In this document: piece after piece, positions 58,484 to 64,000 of the stretch
Layout of the letters: every line of letters starts with the position of its first letter
Position numbering within the stretch: the stretch's first letter is position 1
Origin: an uncultured Gammaproteobacteria bacterium
GTDB lineage: Bacteria > Patescibacteriota > Patescibacteriia > Veblenbacterales > UBA10138
Reading direction: 5' to 3'
Length of the DNA: 64,000 nt
NCBI GenBank assembly: GCA_964453605.1
Contig: CAYVOI010000001.1
Coordinates: forward strand, 241,627-305,626
Position numbers and translations under genes: made by a program
Notes under the pieces: generated by a model
What the model saw: the letters and a program-made list of their open reading frames with translations, nothing else
What the model was told of the DNA's origin: nothing
Database searches by the model: none

Positions 58484-59206
58484 CTATTTGGCAACAGCCG
58501 CATAACGAATTGGCTGTGCCTTTTTTTTGATTTTTTGGGTTAACCCAACGGTCCGGACACCATGGCTGCAAAGATATGGGAAAAAATGTCCACTGCTACC
58601 TTGTATTACCTCTTTATCCAAGGAGATAATTGCGAATTTTCTCTGTAGACCAGGATAGCGCTTACCGATAGCAAGCAGTTCCGCAATATTCGCAGGGCGA
58701 TATCCCAGCCTATCTAGTTCAGCAATAATCTGGTGGCGGTCTAAGCCCCGATAACCAACTTCATGGTTTTCTAGGTTGACTAAAAAAATTTCTGTGTCAA
58801 CCTCGCCATTCCCTGAAATTGGAAAATTCGAGGCATTGATCGTGTCATGAATTTTTCCATACTTGCCACCTTGAAGCATTTCCTCAAGCGACTGATTATA
58901 GTTCACTGACACAGTGACTGATCTTATTTTCCAGTCGTCCGTACTGTTGCCTGGTAGTTGTGGAGTAACTGCAGGCTCCTCGTCGACTACGTTACTTTTT
59001 TTTACCAGCGTCAGTTCCTTGCCTTCCACCAATGCCGTAAGAGCGAGACGTAAATTCCCAATCAGCGCCTTTTTCTTGTTTGTTTTCAGAGCCCTTATCA
59101 GCGTGCTTATTTCCGAAGTTCCAAAATCAGCAATGATTGTTGTGATGGCTTTAACAATCATACTAAACAATTTCAGGAACTCCGAGGTCGTTTCTTGTCG
59201 GTCCAT
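58484..59206 (-). CDS. Hypothetical protein
   Basis: 240-aa low-GC ORF with own promoter-like and terminator-like signals. Confidence 0.65.
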   Translation of the reverse strand: MDRQETTSEFLKLFSMIVKAITTIIADFGTSEISTLIRALKTNKKKALIGNLRLALTALVEGKELTLVKKSNVVDEEPAVTPQLPGNSTDDWKIRSVTVSVNYNQSLEEMLQGGKYGKIHDTINASNFPISGNGEVDTEIFLVNLENHEVGYRGLDRHQIIAELDRLGYRPANIAELLAIGKRYPGLQRKFAIISLDKEVIQGSSGHFFPYLCSHGVRTVGLTQKIKKKAQPIRYAAVAK

Positions 59207-59359
59207 GGTTCCCTCTCTTAGAGTAGAGTGATGTATGTTTGTTTATTAAAATTTTTAAAGAACATTATATATTATCACTAAATTAACGTTGTGTCAATAG
59301 CTCTGTTGTTGCCATAAGTAAAAGCACTCCCGCTGAATAGCGGGAGTGCTTGATTTATA

Positions 59360-60592
59360 CTAACGCCTCCGGAAGGAGGTGTGGGGGTGCCTACTGCGAC
59401 TGGGCCCTCGACCGTGACGGCGGTGGCTATGGTCGTGGGGTAGGGCTGGCCGGTCAGGTGGCAGCTCAGGGAGCTTTGAAATAGGGAGCATAATGCGCAC
59501 CAGCTTTTCGATGCTCCTGACGTCGTTACCCTGCTCAGGCGTGGCGAAGGAAATAGCGCGCCCGGGGTGCCCCGCGCGGCCCGTGCGGCCAATACGGTGG
59601 ACGTAGTCCTCCGGATTATCCGGCAGGTCAAAGTTTATCACGAGTTCAATACCAATTACGTCTATACCTCGAGCAGCAATGTCGGTAGCTATGAGCACGC
59701 GGTACTTGCCGGCTTTAAACCCGTCCAGCGCGTCGCGGCGTTGAGCAAGCGAGCGGTTGGAGTGAATTTCTGCTGCCGTCACGCCCATAGCTTTAACAGC
59801 GCGGGTGACGTTCTTGGCGCCGAACTTGGTGCGGCAGAATACCAGCACCGTGCCTTGGTACTGTTGCAGGAGCTTGTCGAGCAGGCGGCGCTTGGCGTCT
59901 TTTCTGACTACGAACAGCTCTTGCGTTACGAGTTCAGCCGCAGTGCCAGCACGGGCAATTTCCACGCGCACGGGAAGCGCCATGTGCTGAGTGGCCAGGC
60001 GGACAATGTCGTCGGGCATGGTGGCTGAGAATAGCATAGTTTGTCGGTCGGCTGGCTTAGGCACAGCGTGCAAAATTATTTTAAGCTGGGGTGCAAAGCC
60101 CATGTCGAGCATGCGGTCAGCTTCGTCAAGTACAAGTATTTTGACTGCGGAGAGGTTAACACTATGGCGCTCGAGGTGGTCAATGAGTCTGCCAGGTGTG
60201 GCGATTATTATGTGTGGTCTACGCGATAAGCTCTTGAGTTGCTTGTTTATGTCCTCACCGCCAATGAGCACCGAAGTGCGGAGGCCCAAAGGTGTGCCCA
60301 CCTGTCGCAAAGCTTCATCCACCTGGAGCGCCAGCTCGCGCGTGGGCAGCACTACCAGCCCCAGGCCCTTCACCTGTGCCAGGCGCTGCAGCATGGGCAG
60401 GCCAAAGGCCATGGTCTTGCCCGTGCCGGTTTGGGCAATGCCAATAATGTCCTTGCCTTGGATAAGGAGAGGAATGGATTTGCGCTGAATGGGTGTGGGC
60501 TCTACAAACCCTAAGCGCTCAATAGCTTGGAGTAGCTTAGGTGCTAACCCTAGGCCGTAGAAGTCTGAGCTGGTTGGTTCTGCTGCTGTCAT
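59360..60592 (-). CDS. DEAD-box RNA helicase
   Basis: AQTGTGKT, PTRELA, DEAD, SAT, HRIGRTGR. Confidence 0.96.
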   Translation of the reverse strand: MTAAEPTSSDFYGLGLAPKLLQAIERLGFVEPTPIQRKSIPLLIQGKDIIGIAQTGTGKTMAFGLPMLQRLAQVKGLGLVVLPTRELALQVDEALRQVGTPLGLRTSVLIGGEDINKQLKSLSRRPHIIIATPGRLIDHLERHSVNLSAVKILVLDEADRMLDMGFAPQLKIILHAVPKPADRQTMLFSATMPDDIVRLATQHMALPVRVEIARAGTAAELVTQELFVVRKDAKRRLLDKLLQQYQGTVLVFCRTKFGAKNVTRAVKAMGVTAAEIHSNRSLAQRRDALDGFKAGKYRVLIATDIAARGIDVIGIELVINFDLPDNPEDYVHRIGRTGRAGHPGRAISFATPEQGNDVRSIEKLVRIMLPISKLPELPPDRPALPHDHSHRRHGRGPSRSRHPHTSFRRR

Positions 60593-60773
60593 AGTGCTAG
60601 AGCTAACGTGACCCGATGCCGCTCGCGTCACGTTAAGTTCATGACAGGTTGCCGGAGGCTCGAGTCGTCCTTGAAAACGGTCAAGGACAGTTGGGCTTGA
60701 GTGTAGCAGCCGGGGCCCTACCTGTCAACGGGTGCCTCTAGCTTCATGCGATGTGTGCTACTATGCATAGCGT

Positions 60774-61403
60774 ATGGACCTTAAGGCTATCATTGAAGCC
60801 GTTGGCTATGTTGGTCTCTTCAGTATCATCTTTGCTGAGTCCGGGCTCCTCGTTGGCATTGTGTTCCCGGGCGACAGCGTGCTCTTTACCGCTGGGTTCT
60901 TAGCGAGCCAGGGCTTGTTCAGCATTGGCTGGCTTATTGTGGTGTGCTTCGTGGCTGCCGTAGCCGGTGACAGTGTAGGGTACGCCTTCGGCCGCAGGGT
61001 TGGTAAGCGCTTCTTTGTCTATGAGCGGTCACGTTGGCTGAATCCGGCCAACGTGAGTCGGGCCCAAGGCTTCTACCAGCGTCACGGCGGTAAGACCATC
61101 ATTCTGGCCCGCTTCTTGCCAGGCATACGGACGTTAGCGCCCATACTGGCTGGAGTGGGGGAAATGCACTACCTAACCTTTTTGGGTTTCAACCTCATAG
61201 GGGGTGTGCTGTGGGCTATCGGGCTCACCGCGCTTGGCTACCTGCTTGGTAACGTTATACCAGACGCTGATCGCTACATTATTACCATCGTGCTGGGGAT
61301 TGTGGTACTCTCAACGTTGCCGACGCTGGTGCCGGTCATGAGTTCAAAAGAGCGGCGGCAGAAATTGCTTGCCTACCTCAGGAGCTGGTGGCACAAGCCC
61401 TAG
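60774..61403 (+). CDS. DedA family membrane protein
   Basis: FAESG....FPGDS, GD...Y..G, ARF.P..R. Confidence 0.92.
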   Translation: MDLKAIIEAVGYVGLFSIIFAESGLLVGIVFPGDSVLFTAGFLASQGLFSIGWLIVVCFVAAVAGDSVGYAFGRRVGKRFFVYERSRWLNPANVSRAQGFYQRHGGKTIILARFLPGIRTLAPILAGVGEMHYLTFLGFNLIGGVLWAIGLTALGYLLGNVIPDADRYIITIVLGIVVLSTLPTLVPVMSSKERRQKLLAYLRSWWHKP

Positions 61404-61454
61404 CTTGCGCAGGGCTTTATTTTTTCTCCTACGTTTGCTACAGTTGCAACGTCT

Positions 61455-62708
61455 ATGGCTACACCAGTAAAGAACGGTTGCCCTGATTGCGGGCCTACGC
61501 CTACCTCCCACGCCCTGGCCTGGTGGACAGCGGTTTTGGATTGGGTGTTTGAACCCTACGCTAACTTCCTCCAGCGCATTTGGCTAAAGTGTAAGCCGCG
61601 GGTACTTAAACTCCCACTCGACCGCATTGCCTTCCGTAGCATGCACTGGGCCGAGAAGCTACACCTAGGTAAGGTAGTGACTGATATTAAACCCGACCAT
61701 AACCTTAGGCTCCGGGTGCTCTGGCAAGAAGCCAAGCGCCGCGGCATAGCGCTCTACGAGTTTAGACCCTTTGGCCGTTCCGTTGACCTTATGGTAGCTA
61801 AGCGGGGTAGTGAACTATTTGCTTTTGACGGTTTACCTCGGCCGCGCGGAGTACCTGGCGACGGCGCCGAGTGGATGGATGACAAGGCCATCATGCGACA
61901 GAAGTTCACCGAGGCTAACATACCGATTGCACGCGGTGGTATGTTTGTACTTGTGAAGCGCGCGCTCCAGTGCTTTGATGAGCTCGGCGGCCCAGTTATT
62001 GTTAAGCCTCGCGTGGGCTCGCGCTCCAGGCACACGCACATTCACATCACTACGCGGAGCGGCCTGGTGCAAGCTTTTTATTCCGCCCAGCAGCTCTGCC
62101 CCTGGGTGGTGGTGGAGGAAGAGCTGCAAGGCCCAGTCTTCCGCGCTACGGTGGTGGCCGGTAAATTAATTGGTGTAGCCCGCCGCGACATGCCCCAGGT
62201 GGTAGGTGATGGCGTAAGCACCGTTGGTGAGTTGGTAGCCCAGGCCAACGCTCACCCTGGCCGCGACCACGACATTTTCTATAAGCTGCCCGGTGAGACT
62301 GAACTCAAGGACGAGCTCACACGCCAAAACCTAACCTGGGGCTCGGTCCCTGAGGAGCAGCAGGTCGTCATGCTCGGCTCGAAGGTAAACCGTGGTATTG
62401 GCGGCGTGACTACCGATGTTACGGCTGAGGTGCACCCTGAGAACGTCGCCCTGTTCGAGCGTATTGCACAGGTAGTAGCCGACCCTATCATCGGTATAGA
62501 TTTCATCGCCAGGCACCTTCGTGACCCGTGGCACAGCCAAAGCGCCGTTGGCGTTATAGAGTGCAACAGCTTACCGTTTATCGATTTGCATCACTACCCC
62601 TTGAGCGGTACGCCGCGCAACGCGGCGGGCGCTATTTGGGACTTGGTGTGGCCCGAACGCGCACCTTCACCGGCTCAGCCTGGATCAGCCGTGCCAGCAG
62701 AGGCGTGA
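61455..62708 (+). CDS. ATP-grasp protein (cyanophycin synthetase/GshAB-like domain)
   Basis: DK, VIVKP..GS, V.GDG..T, GID, IE.N..P. Confidence 0.8.
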   Translation: MATPVKNGCPDCGPTPTSHALAWWTAVLDWVFEPYANFLQRIWLKCKPRVLKLPLDRIAFRSMHWAEKLHLGKVVTDIKPDHNLRLRVLWQEAKRRGIALYEFRPFGRSVDLMVAKRGSELFAFDGLPRPRGVPGDGAEWMDDKAIMRQKFTEANIPIARGGMFVLVKRALQCFDELGGPVIVKPRVGSRSRHTHIHITTRSGLVQAFYSAQQLCPWVVVEEELQGPVFRATVVAGKLIGVARRDMPQVVGDGVSTVGELVAQANAHPGRDHDIFYKLPGETELKDELTRQNLTWGSVPEEQQVVMLGSKVNRGIGGVTTDVTAEVHPENVALFERIAQVVADPIIGIDFIARHLRDPWHSQSAVGVIECNSLPFIDLHHYPLSGTPRNAAGAIWDLVWPERAPSPAQPGSAVPAEA

Positions 62709-63093
62709 GGTACTCGGTCCCCGGCGTCATACCCCGTTCGAAGACGTGCTTCATGGGGTGGCTCTCGGTCGAAAACTCACGGTGGCCCCTAACTTCACCA
62801 TCGTTAAACACACGCACGTGGTACTGGTAGACCTGGTCTACCAGTTTGCGCATGTTTAGGGTTTCGTCCGGGTCTATCCAGGCCAGGTAGTCGTCACTAA
62901 ACCCCGCTGCTCTAAGGGCAGCCCGCACCTGGCGGTCGGTAACCTCTTGTTTCAGCCAGCCTAAAGAAAACCGCTGGCGGTCGTCGTGCCGCATGAACCC
63001 CAGGAACATCAAGGTGTCGCGGGTAGTGGGGAAGAGCGGTTCAAACAGGTGCCAGAGTAATGACTTCAGGCGTTCGAAGAACGTAATAGGCAT
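62632..63093 (-). CDS. Hypothetical protein
   Basis: 153-aa ORF; QYHVRVF.DGEVRGH.E; 3' overlap with convergent gene. Confidence 0.6.
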   Translation of the reverse strand: MPITFFERLKSLLWHLFEPLFPTTRDTLMFLGFMRHDDRQRFSLGWLKQEVTDRQVRAALRAAGFSDDYLAWIDPDETLNMRKLVDQVYQYHVRVFNDGEVRGHREFSTESHPMKHVFERGMTPGTEYLTPLLARLIQAEPVKVRVRATPSPK

Positions 63094-63206
63094 ACCGTGG
63101 GTAGAACTGGTCTCACCAGCATACCCTGGCTACCCTGCGTTGACAAATTATTCGTCCCGCTGTACCATTTGGTACTACCAAACCAAAAACATACATAGGA
63201 AAAAAA

Positions 63207-63839
63207 ATGCACAAACCATCAAACTATATACGGCTAGGTAGCCGTAATTTGTACGTCGGGCAGCGAGTGTACCACGACGTGTTCGGCACCGCTGGCCAGG
63301 TTCAGCAGGTTATCCGTCAGGGTAATGAGTTCAGGGTTGTGGTGGCCTTCGACCCGCCGGTCGGAAACAAACAGCTGTTACTTTCAACACGGGAGCCGGC
63401 TGCGCGCGACCACCTCTGGGTTTCACCCCCAGCTGCTCAAGCCTCCCTGCCGAAACCCGTACCCAGCGGCCTGCCGGCTGTTAAGCCGGACCTGGCGGTG
63501 GCCGAGCGGGAAGCAGATCTGATTCAAGGCGCTCTTGACTGGGCTGAAGACTACTTCAGACAGCACTACCTTGGTCAGGGGCGCGTAGGCTACGACGAGC
63601 TTGTGCAGTTCTTGCTCGAGCAGGCCAGCACGAACGCCGTTGACGTACGCAAGTCGCTTGAGCTGGTTTTGAAACACGGTCGCGACGTTCCGCGTAGCTA
63701 CGTAGACGCATTCTTTCTGAACGTCAAGCAGCTCATACGAGCTCACCGTGACTATGCTGGTTTTACGCAAGCGCTCGTCGGGTTAGTGGTGCACTACCGC
63801 CGCCGTAGAAAAACACCCCGCCCACCAACAGTGAGCTAG
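63207..63839 (+). CDS. Hypothetical protein
   Basis: 210-aa ORF; VG.RV.H..FG.AG.V tudor/CarD-like N-terminus. Confidence 0.6.
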   Translation: MHKPSNYIRLGSRNLYVGQRVYHDVFGTAGQVQQVIRQGNEFRVVVAFDPPVGNKQLLLSTREPAARDHLWVSPPAAQASLPKPVPSGLPAVKPDLAVAEREADLIQGALDWAEDYFRQHYLGQGRVGYDELVQFLLEQASTNAVDVRKSLELVLKHGRDVPRSYVDAFFLNVKQLIRAHRDYAGFTQALVGLVVHYRRRRKTPRPPTVS

Positions 63840-63935
63840 CCCCTGCCCGTGCCACGGCTATTATGCAACCCCCGGTGATATACATCGGGGGTATTTTTTG
63901 CAAACTTTAGCTAAAAATGGTACAGTTTGTTAGCT

Positions 63936-64000
63936 ATGGACTACGTTTTCACCAACCAGCTCAAAGGCTATGTAGGTAAAGAGGTAATGCTTAAGGGCTG
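63936..64000 (+). CDS. Probable Asn/Asp-tRNA ligase, N-terminal fragment
   Basis: MDYVFTNQLKGYVGKEVMLKG resembles the OB-fold start of AsnRS/ND-AspRS; only 21 codons visible. Confidence 0.55.
   Translation, partial: MDYVFTNQLKGYVGKEVMLKG

Noticed and set aside
61455-62708. Cyanophycin synthetase call
   Set aside because: Only the ATP-grasp portion is present; no Mur-ligase domain or cyanophycinase nearby.

Overview
Bacterial chromosome segment, most likely a Patescibacteria/CPR genome. This is inferred from rpmD (L30) missing between rpsE and rplO, ComEC/ComF and many small orphans; TGA is a stop and prfB is present. The left end (1-5121) is a low-GC integrative element (Dam-type methylase, Xis-like HTH, large serine recombinase) attached to a tRNA-Ser. 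The middle holds the str/S10/spc ribosomal superoperon; housekeeping genes and a small R-M-like pair next to tRNA-Asn follow. Main unexplained signal: eight copies of a hairpin-forming element bounded by TATG...TATG that sits exactly on start codons (S2P protease, rplC, rplB, rpsQ, rplF, rplR, rplO, map). Seven copies are 146-153 bp and show compensatory base changes; six carry a ~50-codon upstream ORF ending at the host start codon. The eighth (316 bp) encloses a GIY-YIG nuclease. Also notable: two loci where an intact tRNA is nested inside a split tRNA of the same isotype, with short ACCC...GGGC hairpins inserted; two covarying copies of an unrecognised ~240-nt structured RNA; and an unannotated 27-aa, 8-Cys peptide. 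All alignments and folds were done by eye and no database search was run.
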